A stretch of DNA of 61,837 bases, taken from Bacteroidota bacterium (lineage in GTDB: Bacteria > Bacteroidota > Ignavibacteria > UBA10030 > UBA8401). The stretch lies in NCBI GenBank assembly GCA_021796275.1, contig JAJYOI010000005.1:1-61837 (forward strand). Reading direction: 5' to 3'. The notes beneath the pieces are model-generated. The model saw only the letters and a program-made list of their open reading frames with translations, had not been told where the DNA came from and did not search any database. Both the position numbers and the translations under genes were made by a program. Shown here piece by piece: positions 46,928-56,232 of the stretch; within the stretch, counting starts at the first letter, position 1, and each line of letters opens with the position of its first letter.

Positions 46928-48901
46928 ATGTGTGGTATTACCGGTATAGTCTCAAACGTGGAAAATCGATGCGATCCCCGCTTGCTTGTAAGAATGACCA
47001 ACAGCATCAGGCACCGCGGTCCGGATGACGAGGGCTTCCTGCTTGTCAATTCGACAAGCGGCCTCATAGAACAGCGTCGGGGCGACGATACAATACCCGA
47101 AATCCGAGTCCCCCATCTCCTCGAAACCCGAATAGACAAAAAACCAAACGTTGCACTCGGATGGCGGCGGCTCAGCATCATTGATTTGTCTCCCATGGGG
47201 CACCAACCTATGTCCAATGCTGATGGATCACTCTGGGTGATCTTCAATGGGGAAGTCTACAATTACCTAGAGCTGAGAGACGAACTCAAAGGTAAGGGGC
47301 ACACCTTCCGCACGCAGTGTGACACGGAAGTAATCCTTGAAGCATATTCAGAATGGGGCGCCGACTGTCTCCACCATTTCAACGGGATGTGGGCAATCGC
47401 ACTGTGGGATAACCGAACGAGACGATTATTCTGTGCACGGGATCGGTTCGGCGTCAAGCCTTTCTACTATGTATGGGACGGAACAACATTTGCGTTCGCT
47501 TCAGAAATCAAGGCGCTTCTGGAATTGCCGTGGGTGCCTCGGCGGGCAAATGACAATATGGTATTTGATTATCTTATCCATCGGGTTTTGGATCATACTG
47601 GACAAACGTTTTTTCAAGACATACATCAGTTGCAACCGGGTCATGTCATTCTGGCTGATACGAACAGCATCACAATTGATCGGTACTATGAACTGCGCTA
47701 CTGTGATGAACTTGGCGCTTTTGACGAAACGCAAGCCGGCAAATACGCTCTGGAATTTAGAGAACAATTTACTGATGCGGTTCGTCTGCGCCTTCGTTCA
47801 GATGTGGCCATCGGAAGCTGTTTGAGCGGTGGTTTAGACTCATCCTCCATCGTGTGTACGGCCAACACGTTGATATCTGAACAGGGATTTGCATGTCAGT
47901 CCACGATTGGCGACCGGCAGAAAACGTTCACCGCCACGTACGACTTGCTCGGGTACAGCGAAAATGCGTTCGTGGAAAAAGTCATTCAACGCACGAATGC
48001 CGCACCACATTTCACCAAGCCGACAGCAAAAGGACTATGGAGCGATCTTCCGCAATTTCTTCGCTCCAATGATGAACCGATGATTTCCACTTCGATGTAC
48101 GCGCAGTGGAATGTCATGAAACTTGCAGCCCAAAACGGAATTAAGGTCTTGCTGGATGGACAAGGTGCCGATGAGCTTCTTGCCGGCTACCGAAGATGGC
48201 ATGCTCCGATTTTTCACGCAGAACTGCTGCGCCGTGGAAGATTCTCAGAATTCGTACGTGAGATCGCCGCGAGTTCAGACCTCAATCGTGAATCAAGAAT
48301 CGGACACCTCCTCTTTGCCTGCCAAAAGATGTTCAAGAACTTGATCCCCGGAAGATTCCAATACCGTTTTATCATTCCATCAGAGTTGGTGAGACAGGAA
48401 TTCATCCAACGTGCACACACGTCGGTGGAAAAGAATGATACAACCCTCCAGAGACGTCTTTGGCAAGACGAGACTCTCTACAATTTGCAGCAACTTCTGC
48501 ATTACGAAGATCGCAATTCAATGCACTTTTCGATCGAAGCGAGAGTACCGTTTGTCGACTATCGTCTTGTAGAATTTGCCATGAGCGTTCCAGCGATCTA
48601 CAAAATCCACCAAGGTTGGTCAAAGTACATTTTGCGGAGAGCAATGGATGGAGTCCTACCGGAGGATATCCGATGGCGACGTGACAAAATGGGATTCGTG
48701 ACACCGGAGACCGAATGGGAAGCAGAACTCCTGCCGCTGTTTCTGGACCAGCTACGGAGCGAGAAATTTCGTTCGTCACGGTATGTTGACGATGCTCAGC
48801 TTTTGCACAGGCTTAGCACTTCATCAAAGAATCTGAAGAGTTACGACGTGTGGCGCTTCATCAATCTTGAACTGTGGATGAGACTCTTTAATGTCGTGTG
48901 A
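46928..48901 (+). CDS. asnB: Asparagine synthase-family amidotransferase 2
   Basis: 'MCGITG', 'HRGPDDEG', 'LSGGLDSS', 'LDGQGADE', 'YEDRNSM..SIEARVPF'. Confidence 0.92.
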   Translation: MCGITGIVSNVENRCDPRLLVRMTNSIRHRGPDDEGFLLVNSTSGLIEQRRGDDTIPEIRVPHLLETRIDKKPNVALGWRRLSIIDLSPMGHQPMSNADGSLWVIFNGEVYNYLELRDELKGKGHTFRTQCDTEVILEAYSEWGADCLHHFNGMWAIALWDNRTRRLFCARDRFGVKPFYYVWDGTTFAFASEIKALLELPWVPRRANDNMVFDYLIHRVLDHTGQTFFQDIHQLQPGHVILADTNSITIDRYYELRYCDELGAFDETQAGKYALEFREQFTDAVRLRLRSDVAIGSCLSGGLDSSSIVCTANTLISEQGFACQSTIGDRQKTFTATYDLLGYSENAFVEKVIQRTNAAPHFTKPTAKGLWSDLPQFLRSNDEPMISTSMYAQWNVMKLAAQNGIKVLLDGQGADELLAGYRRWHAPIFHAELLRRGRFSEFVREIAASSDLNRESRIGHLLFACQKMFKNLIPGRFQYRFIIPSELVRQEFIQRAHTSVEKNDTTLQRRLWQDETLYNLQQLLHYEDRNSMHFSIEARVPFVDYRLVEFAMSVPAIYKIHQGWSKYILRRAMDGVLPEDIRWRRDKMGFVTPETEWEAELLPLFLDQLRSEKFRSSRYVDDAQLLHRLSTSSKNLKSYDVWRFINLELWMRLFNVV

Positions 48902-49099
48902 ACAGTAACCACAATGTGTATAATGATCGGACAAAGTATTGAGGTGAAAGTAAAAAAAAGCGGAGAAGGGCCATAACTTTCACCGGCGAACATTTGAATG
49001 CGCCTGTTCCTGATGGACCGCCTTTGAATACAATAACATAAACGAAAAAACTATTAGAATGAAAATTGCCTGATCATCCGAAGTTTCAGTGAAAACATA

Positions 49100-51091
49100 A
49101 TGGTTAAACTACTCTTGAAAATTCTGTTACGTTATTGGAAGCTTGGCGAGAATAGAATTTTGCGACCGATACTATGGAACAGCTGGTTGATGGCAAGGCT
49201 CGTCAGCATCAAAGATCAGGAATTTATCGAAGTGTGTGGGTTGAACGAATCTCCGGTGGATTTCGTCAAGTCGATGCACAAACAACTACACCTGCGGTTT
49301 TTTTTCCATCCATTAAACAAAAAAGATTTTTTCCTGACGCTCCTTACATCAACACAATCCAAAGATGAAATTCTTGCAGAAGCACAGGATGTTCTAGAAA
49401 ACAAATTTGAAACGTTGGGCTCAGGGAAAATATTTCTTGGCGAAACAATCAACTGGCAAAAAGATTTCAAAAGCAAAAAAGAATGGCCGCTTGAATCTTC
49501 GGAAACGTTGGATCTTCTGGATTTGAATAACCATTCCGATGTTAAGGTGCCATGGGAATTAAGCAGATTTCATCAAGTGTGGTGGCTTGGCAAAGCGTAC
49601 TGGCTTACACAAAATGAAAAATATGCGCTAAAGTTCAGATCACTCATTGAAGACTGGATCGAAAACAATCCCGTTGGCTATGGAATCAATTGGGCAATTG
49701 CAATGGAGGCGGCGATTCGTTCGTGGAACTGGATCGCGGGGTATTATTTTTTCTGTGAATCCAAGTCTCTATCAAATGAATTCTGGATGAAATTTTTCAA
49801 GAGCTTGTTTATTCATGGAAGATTTACTGAATTTCATTTGGAGGCTTCGTGGCAAAATGGAAATCATTACCTCGCTGATGTTTCAGGATTAATCGCTCTG
49901 GGGATTTTTTTCCAGCACATTGATTTTGGAAAACGATGGCTTAATTTCGGTACAAAATCGCTCATTGCAGAAATGGAACGGCAAGTGTATTTAGACGGCG
50001 TGGATTACGAAAAGTCTACCTCGTATCATCGCCTTGTTCTTGAACTGTTCTATACATCAACAATTTTGTGTCTGCACAATAACTTTCAATTCCCTTCTAC
50101 ATACATGAAACGCCTTGAGCGTATGTTCGACTTCGTACAAGCATACACGCGGCCCGATGGCTCCATTCCGCTTATGGGCGATGCTGATGATGGAAGGCTT
50201 TTTCGTTTTATGATGAATGATAATGTGAATGATCATCGTCATACGCTTTCTATCGGTGCGATACTTTTTCAGCGAAGCGACTTCAAACATGCAGCAAAAA
50301 AACTTTCTCAAGATGCTTTCTGGCTTTTGGGAACCGAAGGATTCGAAAAGTATCAGATGTTAAAAAATGTACCTTACTTACCGCATTCACAGGCATTCGA
50401 ACACGGCGGATTTTACATCATGCAAAATGAGAATGTCCAACTTTTTGTAGATGCCGGTGACATCGGCATGAACGGGCGCGGCGGGCACGGACACAACGAT
50501 ACTTTGAGTTTTGAGCTATGGATAAATAGTGAACCTTTGATTGTTGACTCAGGAACATATGCCTACACATTCGATACTGCTGCCCGACAGGAATTCCGAA
50601 GCACAAAAGCACATAACACCGTCGTTGCTGACGGCAAGGAAATTGCTGAATTTATAGGTTTGTGGGCCATTAAAAAGGATAAAACTAATCCGCGTGTGAT
50701 TCAATGGGAAACCTCTGAATCCGCTGATTTATTGGAAGCCGAACATCACGGCTACGCTCCGATAATTCACCGAAGAAAATTCTGTCTGAAAAAAAGAGTG
50801 CCAGAGTTGGAAATCATTGATACACTGGAAGGAGACGGTGCACATACAATCGAAAGCTTTTTGCACTTCTCCCCAGAAATTACTCTTGAACTTCTTGACA
50901 AACAACGGGCAATTGTTCATACTTCACAGTCATCGTATCACGTCATTGCAAACGCTGGTGAATTCTCTATTAAAAAAACGTTGTTCTCTCAAAGCTATGG
51001 CATAAGGAACCACAATGAAACATTGTGCTTACGGCTTAATATGCAATCACATTGTTCGATAACGTTTAATATTGGCCAGGGAAATTCATGA
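49100..51091 (+). CDS. Heparinase II/III family protein
   Basis: 'DVKVPWELSRF', 'NHYLAD', 'E.STSYH', 'GDADDG', 'GHGHND.LSF', 'FRST.AHNT'. Confidence 0.88.
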   Translation: MVKLLLKILLRYWKLGENRILRPILWNSWLMARLVSIKDQEFIEVCGLNESPVDFVKSMHKQLHLRFFFHPLNKKDFFLTLLTSTQSKDEILAEAQDVLENKFETLGSGKIFLGETINWQKDFKSKKEWPLESSETLDLLDLNNHSDVKVPWELSRFHQVWWLGKAYWLTQNEKYALKFRSLIEDWIENNPVGYGINWAIAMEAAIRSWNWIAGYYFFCESKSLSNEFWMKFFKSLFIHGRFTEFHLEASWQNGNHYLADVSGLIALGIFFQHIDFGKRWLNFGTKSLIAEMERQVYLDGVDYEKSTSYHRLVLELFYTSTILCLHNNFQFPSTYMKRLERMFDFVQAYTRPDGSIPLMGDADDGRLFRFMMNDNVNDHRHTLSIGAILFQRSDFKHAAKKLSQDAFWLLGTEGFEKYQMLKNVPYLPHSQAFEHGGFYIMQNENVQLFVDAGDIGMNGRGGHGHNDTLSFELWINSEPLIVDSGTYAYTFDTAARQEFRSTKAHNTVVADGKEIAEFIGLWAIKKDKTNPRVIQWETSESADLLEAEHHGYAPIIHRRKFCLKKRVPELEIIDTLEGDGAHTIESFLHFSPEITLELLDKQRAIVHTSQSSYHVIANAGEFSIKKTLFSQSYGIRNHNETLCLRLNMQSHCSITFNIGQGNS

Positions 51092-52431
51092 AACAATTTC
51101 AAAGAACTGTATTTATTTTCCTCTCGGCATTGATTTTTCGCTCGTTCTTTGTAGCAATTTTCCCGGGACCAAACTATTTTTCTGGAATTACCGATTCGTT
51201 CGTAGAAGTTGCCCAGAATATCATCAACGGCAGAGGCGCTGTCACTTACGTGGATATTGCACCACTCTCATCACACACTTCCAACTTTGTCTACGCGCCA
51301 TTTTATCACCGTCCCTTTGGATATGTTGTGTTCGTTCTTTTTCCGCTTTTGCTCTCATCGAATCTTATTATCATTCAAATCCTTCAATCCGTAATAGCGG
51401 GATTTTCATCGATTCTCGTTTACGCCCTTGCAAAAAAAATCACATCACATAATTATGCGGTTATGGCGGCATATCTTTATGCACTCTGGCCGTTGAGTGC
51501 ACGATTTGAAATTTCTGTTTTACCGGATGCACTTGTGTCGTTCTTTCTTCTCCTAACAATATGGTGCTTGCTAAAAAATCTCGAGGAAGAAAAACCGCTC
51601 GTGTGGAATTTATTAGCGGGGATATCTAACGGTATCGCTGTATTAATGCGACCTGAAATTGCATTACTTCCTTTTTTTCTGCTGGGGGCTTTCTTTGTGC
51701 TAAAACAAACCAGATCTCTTATTAAAAAAATAATACTTTTCGCCGCAGGTATGTTGCTCGTCATCATTCCTCAAACCGTTCAGAATTATCGCGCTTCAGA
51801 AGGACATATTATTCCGCTTGGAATCGGCAATGGACTCAGCATGTGGGAAGGAATCAGCCAATTCGGCAACAAATTCGGTACTGTGTTCGGAGATGAGCAC
51901 ACGGCCGAACATGAAGGATATGAAAATTGGGGATTCCCGAACGGCGTGAAACGCGACCAACAGCGGTTTCAAGAAGCGGTAGATATAATCGTGTCACATC
52001 CAATATGGTATGCGGGAGTGATGGCTGAACGCATTCCTGTTCTTCTGACACCAGATTGGATAATGACGCGCAAATTCACCCCATCACTTAAAGAATATCT
52101 TGATGAATCGCCAAACAGAACAATGCTGACTTTTTTTGCTGCTTACTCAGTCTCGACAGCCATTCGTGTACTGCTCATCATGCTGCAATATGCATCGCTC
52201 GTATTGGCATTATATGGTTTTATTAGAAGCGGCTCTCGGCAATTGCTTTGGTTCCCCGCGTGCCTTATTTTCTATTACGTTGTTATTCACATTCCAACAA
52301 ACACTGAAGCACGATATTTTTATCCTGCTATTCCTTTCGTGCTAATTTTGGCTGCTGAAGGATTAAGACAATTCAGAGAAAATAACCGACAAGAGATTGC
52401 TCTAATAAAAAATGAGAGTGAATTTAAATAA
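51088..52431 (+). CDS. GT-C (GT39/PMT/ArnT-like) membrane glycosyltransferase
   Basis: Multi-TM; 'HRPFGY', 'LMRP', 'EARYFYP'. Confidence 0.7.
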   Translation: MKQFQRTVFIFLSALIFRSFFVAIFPGPNYFSGITDSFVEVAQNIINGRGAVTYVDIAPLSSHTSNFVYAPFYHRPFGYVVFVLFPLLLSSNLIIIQILQSVIAGFSSILVYALAKKITSHNYAVMAAYLYALWPLSARFEISVLPDALVSFFLLLTIWCLLKNLEEEKPLVWNLLAGISNGIAVLMRPEIALLPFFLLGAFFVLKQTRSLIKKIILFAAGMLLVIIPQTVQNYRASEGHIIPLGIGNGLSMWEGISQFGNKFGTVFGDEHTAEHEGYENWGFPNGVKRDQQRFQEAVDIIVSHPIWYAGVMAERIPVLLTPDWIMTRKFTPSLKEYLDESPNRTMLTFFAAYSVSTAIRVLLIMLQYASLVLALYGFIRSGSRQLLWFPACLIFYYVVIHIPTNTEARYFYPAIPFVLILAAEGLRQFRENNRQEIALIKNESEFK

Positions 52432-53413
52432 ATTAATGCGAGCGCCGATGAAACAAAAAAGGCTTACAAAACCGACAAAGCAAAGGTTGCTTTCTATAGT
52501 CATCCCTATTTATAATGAAGCAGAAACCATCCCAATTTTATATGAGCAACTTACACAAGTATGCGAAAGACTACCGCTTGCATATGAAATCATATTTGTG
52601 AACGATGGCAGCCAAGATCACTCTTTGACCTTACTTAAAGAATTGTCAAACAACGACAACCGCATTCGTATTATTGACCTTGCGAGAAACTTCGGCCACC
52701 AAGTCGCTATTTCTGCCGGAATCGATCATACCGCTGGAGACGTAGTTGTGTTAATGGATGGTGATTTACAGGATCCGCCAGAAATGATCTCAACATTCAT
52801 CAAAAGATGGAACGAAGGGTTCGAGGTCGTTTATGCGGTACGGAAAAAGCGCAAGGAAAGCCTTTTGAAGCGAATTGCTTATTTAGTTTTCTATCGAATT
52901 TTGAGAAAAATTTCATCAGTTGAGATTCCTCTTGATTCCGGGGATTTTTCCTTGATGGATCGAAGAGTTGTGAATACGCTTCGTGCAATGCCCGAACGCA
53001 ATAGATTCATACGTGGAATCCGAAGTTGGGTTGGATTTCATCAATGCGGTGTCGAATATGAGCGCAACAAACGATACGCCGGTGAAGTTAAATACACGTT
53101 CTCAAAATTATTACGTTTAGCAACAGATGGAATTTTTGCCTTCTCTTATTTGCCATTACGAGTCGCAACGTATCTGGGACTTACGGTAGCCGCCACGAGC
53201 TTTTTACTGGCCGTTTTCTATCTCATAGAAAAGATTTTTTCCAACATTGATACAAAAGGCTGGGCATCAACAATTATCATTATTCTTTTTCTCGGCGGGG
53301 TTCAGCTACTTACAATCGGCATTATGGGAGAATATGTTGGCAGAATTTATGATGAAGTAAAACAACGCCCGCTGTACGTCGTCAATGAAAAAATTGGCTG
53401 GATGAAAAAGTAG
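52412..53413 (+). CDS. GT2 polyprenol-phosphate glycosyltransferase (GtrB/ArnC-like)
   Basis: 'PIYNEAE', 'VNDGS.D', 'RNFGHQ.A', 'MDGDLQDPPE', two C-terminal TMs, 'GEYVGRIY.EVK.RP'; true start may be 52436 or 52448. Confidence 0.9.
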   Translation: MRVNLNKLMRAPMKQKRLTKPTKQRLLSIVIPIYNEAETIPILYEQLTQVCERLPLAYEIIFVNDGSQDHSLTLLKELSNNDNRIRIIDLARNFGHQVAISAGIDHTAGDVVVLMDGDLQDPPEMISTFIKRWNEGFEVVYAVRKKRKESLLKRIAYLVFYRILRKISSVEIPLDSGDFSLMDRRVVNTLRAMPERNRFIRGIRSWVGFHQCGVEYERNKRYAGEVKYTFSKLLRLATDGIFAFSYLPLRVATYLGLTVAATSFLLAVFYLIEKIFSNIDTKGWASTIIIILFLGGVQLLTIGIMGEYVGRIYDEVKQRPLYVVNEKIGWMKK

Positions 53414-53416
53414 TTT

Positions 53417-54145
53417 ATGAACGAACAATTGTATGATCATTTTTTCAAGGTTGAAGAACAACACTGGTGGTTTGTTGCACGAAAGAATATCTTAATTGCA
53501 TTGCTGAAACCGTGGCTTCCCAATTCTGCTTATATTCTTGATGTCGGCTGCGGCACCGGAGCATTCTTAAAAGAACTCTCTTCTTCTCATCACGTGTACG
53601 GCATGGATTTTTCCGAACTTGCTATTGAATATTGTCACAAGCGCAAATTATACAATACCTATGTTGCGGATTTCTCGACATTCCCACACCCCGAACTAAA
53701 GTTTGATCTCATTTCCTTTCTTGACGTTATCGAGCATATTGATAATGATGTCGCTATTTTGTTAGAAGCCAAAAGGCATCTTTCGGAAAACGGAAGACTC
53801 CTGATAACTGTTCCCGCATATCAATTCTTGTGGTCTCGTCACGATGAGATCAATCACCACAAACGGCGATATACATCTGGTTTACTTAAGAAATCTGTAA
53901 CTGCTGCTGGTTTTTCTATTGAAAAGCTTTCTTATTTCAACTCCATACTTTTCCCCCTTGCGCTTGTCGGCAGATTAGCAGAAAAAGTTGTATCTTGGCA
54001 CGGCAAACTCTCGCCTGAGTTTGCTGTACCGCCCGCCCCCTTGAATAGTATCTTGAATATAACATTTTCTTCTGAGCAATATTGGTTACGCAATTTTAAT
54101 ATCCCATTTGGACTTTCAGTGCTCTGCATTGCTAAAAGAATGTAA
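53417..54145 (+). CDS. Class I SAM-dependent methyltransferase
   Basis: 'E..HWWF.AR', 'LDVGCGTG', 'DVIEHI', 'TVPA...LWS.HD..NHHKRRY'. Confidence 0.88.
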   Translation: MNEQLYDHFFKVEEQHWWFVARKNILIALLKPWLPNSAYILDVGCGTGAFLKELSSSHHVYGMDFSELAIEYCHKRKLYNTYVADFSTFPHPELKFDLISFLDVIEHIDNDVAILLEAKRHLSENGRLLITVPAYQFLWSRHDEINHHKRRYTSGLLKKSVTAAGFSIEKLSYFNSILFPLALVGRLAEKVVSWHGKLSPEFAVPPAPLNSILNITFSSEQYWLRNFNIPFGLSVLCIAKRM

Positions 54146-54190
54146 AAGCGTCGGCGGATGCCTGGCTTACCTGGGAGCACCAAAAATATA

Positions 54191-54219
54191 TTGACTATCA
54201 ATCGCTTCTTCTGTATATT
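54191..54219 (+). promoter_or_regulatory. sigma70-type promoter of the BMC shell genes
   Basis: TTGACT-17 bp-TATATT. Confidence 0.6.
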
Positions 54220-54270
54220 GCTCCCACTTCATTAAGTTCATCATTTTTCTTCATATCATCTGGAGATACC

Positions 54271-54567
54271 ATGTCAGATATTTCACTCGACGCACTTGGA
54301 ATGGTCGAAACCAAAGGTTTGGTCGGCGCCATCGAAGCTGCTGACGCAATGGTCAAAGCAGCAAAAGTCACGCTCATCGGAAAAGAACAAATCGGCGGAG
54401 GCTATGTAACGGTGATGGTGCGCGGCGATGTCGGTGCCGTAAAAGCCGCAACCGATGCTGGAGCAGCCGCGGCTCAACGCGTTGGTGAACTCGTGTCTGT
54501 CCACGTCATTCCGCGTCCACACAGCGACGTTGAATTGATTCTCCCGAAACGGCCGGTAACAAAATAA
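54271..54567 (+). CDS. Bacterial microcompartment hexamer shell protein (EutM/PduA-like BMC-H)
   Basis: '[25 protein letters not shown]...[22 protein letters not shown]...VHVIPRPH'. Confidence 0.95.
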   Translation: MSDISLDALGMVETKGLVGAIEAADAMVKAAKVTLIGKEQIGGGYVTVMVRGDVGAVKAATDAGAAAAQRVGELVSVHVIPRPHSDVELILPKRPVTK

Positions 54568-54612
54568 CCCGCCGCATTTCTCCGGAAACTGCTGCATTAC
54601 AATAGTATTATT

Positions 54613-55146
54613 ATGATTGATTTTGCCTTCGGCATGGTAGAAACCAAAGGGCTTATCGGTGCCATTGAAGCGGCGGATGCGATGGCCAAAGCTGCCAACG
54701 TTCAACTGGTAGGAAAAGAACGCACAGATCCGGCGATGATTACTGTAAAGATCATCGGCGAAACGGCTGCAGTTCGCTCCGCAGTTGAAGCGGGTGCAGC
54801 TGCCGCTCAGCGCGTCGGACAATTAATTTCAAAGCACGTCATTCCTCGTCCGGCAGAAGGCATCGAAGAATTGATTTTTGCAAAATCATTTCTTTCCGAA
54901 AAAGAAGTTGCTGAACTGACTAATTCAGTACAAGAGTCTGTTGATTCTGCAACAACACCGGAAGAATTCACGACCCCGACAGCTCGGACACGCGAGGAGT
55001 TTATCGCACAGCTTTCTGAAATGACCGTTCATCAGTTGCGTTCTTACGCACGAACGATCAGCGGGCTGACAATCCACGGACGCGAAATTTCACGGGCAAA
55101 TAAGGAACAACTGCTTGACGAGCTTGTCAAAGTAACGTTTCAATAG
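54613..55146 (+). CDS. BMC-H shell protein with a C-terminal helical extension
   Basis: BMC domain in the first ~85 aa, acidic linker, then 'LSEMTVHQLRSYAR...GREISRANKEQLL'. Confidence 0.9.
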   Translation: MIDFAFGMVETKGLIGAIEAADAMAKAANVQLVGKERTDPAMITVKIIGETAAVRSAVEAGAAAAQRVGQLISKHVIPRPAEGIEELIFAKSFLSEKEVAELTNSVQESVDSATTPEEFTTPTARTREEFIAQLSEMTVHQLRSYARTISGLTIHGREISRANKEQLLDELVKVTFQ

Positions 55147-55262
55147 CAATGCGGCTTTTTGAATTCATTTTTTCTTGCTCCATCGTTTCGTCAAGGTAAC
55201 GATGGAGTTTTTTGTTCCGCTGTACGGAATGGCGCCTGCGGCGCTCATTTCTGAATTCCACA

Positions 55263-56180
55263 ATGAAGAAGCGGCGCTTTCATATTATTTTTTTTTCAAC
55301 CTTCTTCGCCATTCTGCTTTGGGCGTCGATCAATATGACATACGATTATCAAAGCACGGTGTCGATCCCATTAGTGTTGGAAAACATGAAATCGACGCGC
55401 GCGCTTGCACAACCGGTGCCGGAAGCGTTAAATATCAAAGTGCGCGGAACAGGCTGGCAATTGATTACGCTGTATTTTTCGCCGGACGAAAAATATTTAC
55501 TGGACGTTTCAAGCATTTCTAACCGCTACTCATTTCTCACAAATCAAGATATTGCAGAACGGTTTGCTGTTCCGCATGGTATAAGCGTTGTAGAAATCAA
55601 ACCGGAAACTGTTACTGTAGCTCTCGATGAGAAGCTTACAAAAAGGGTACCGTTGATTCCTGTAACAATGCTTGATTTTCGTGAAGGCTACAATATTTCA
55701 GGAGGCATGAAGCTTGTGCCGGATAGTATTGAGATCACCGGCGCCCGATCGAGAATTGATCGCATCACAGAATGGCCAACGGCGATCACGCGGCTTTCCG
55801 AACTCCGCTCGGCAGTCAATATACAAGTTGCCGTTGCTGATTCACCTCAGGTTGATATTGCTGTCTCACCACATTCAGTGACATTGCAATTCGATGTTGA
55901 ATTAACAGCAGAGAAAATCTTTAAAGGTATCGCAGTCGATTTGAATCAGGTTCCTGAAAACCGGGCAGTTGTTCTTCTTCCGCCAAAAATTGATGTTACC
56001 ATCCGGGGCGGCGTTGAGCAAATCGCAAAGATTGATCAAAGTAATGTGTCGGCATATGTAGATTATCGCACGATTCTTCTTGATACCACTGGCGCAGTGC
56101 AGCCAACAATTGTCTATCCAAAAGAAGTAAACGTTATTGGTATCTCGCCGCCAAAAATTCAATATGTTATCCGGAAATAA
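55263..56180 (+). CDS. YbbR/CdaR-like domain membrane protein
   Basis: 'FFAILLW' N-terminal TM, repeated 'P..V.V' YbbR-like modules; ATG at 55263 preferred. Confidence 0.75.
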   Translation: MKKRRFHIIFFSTFFAILLWASINMTYDYQSTVSIPLVLENMKSTRALAQPVPEALNIKVRGTGWQLITLYFSPDEKYLLDVSSISNRYSFLTNQDIAERFAVPHGISVVEIKPETVTVALDEKLTKRVPLIPVTMLDFREGYNISGGMKLVPDSIEITGARSRIDRITEWPTAITRLSELRSAVNIQVAVADSPQVDIAVSPHSVTLQFDVELTAEKIFKGIAVDLNQVPENRAVVLLPPKIDVTIRGGVEQIAKIDQSNVSAYVDYRTILLDTTGAVQPTIVYPKEVNVIGISPPKIQYVIRK

Positions 56181-56217
56181 AAAGCCCGATCCGCTTTAGC
56201 AGACCGGGCTTTTTTTT
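56179..56217. terminator. Bidirectional intrinsic terminator
   Basis: aaaaagcccg...cgggctttttttt between convergent genes. Confidence 0.8.
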
Positions 56218-56232
56218 CACATCTCTCACGGT

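Noticed and set aside
48943-48984. 9-bp inverted repeat ggtgaaagt/actttcacc in the intergenic gap
   Set aside because: Large loop, no U tract and no riboswitch consensus recognised.
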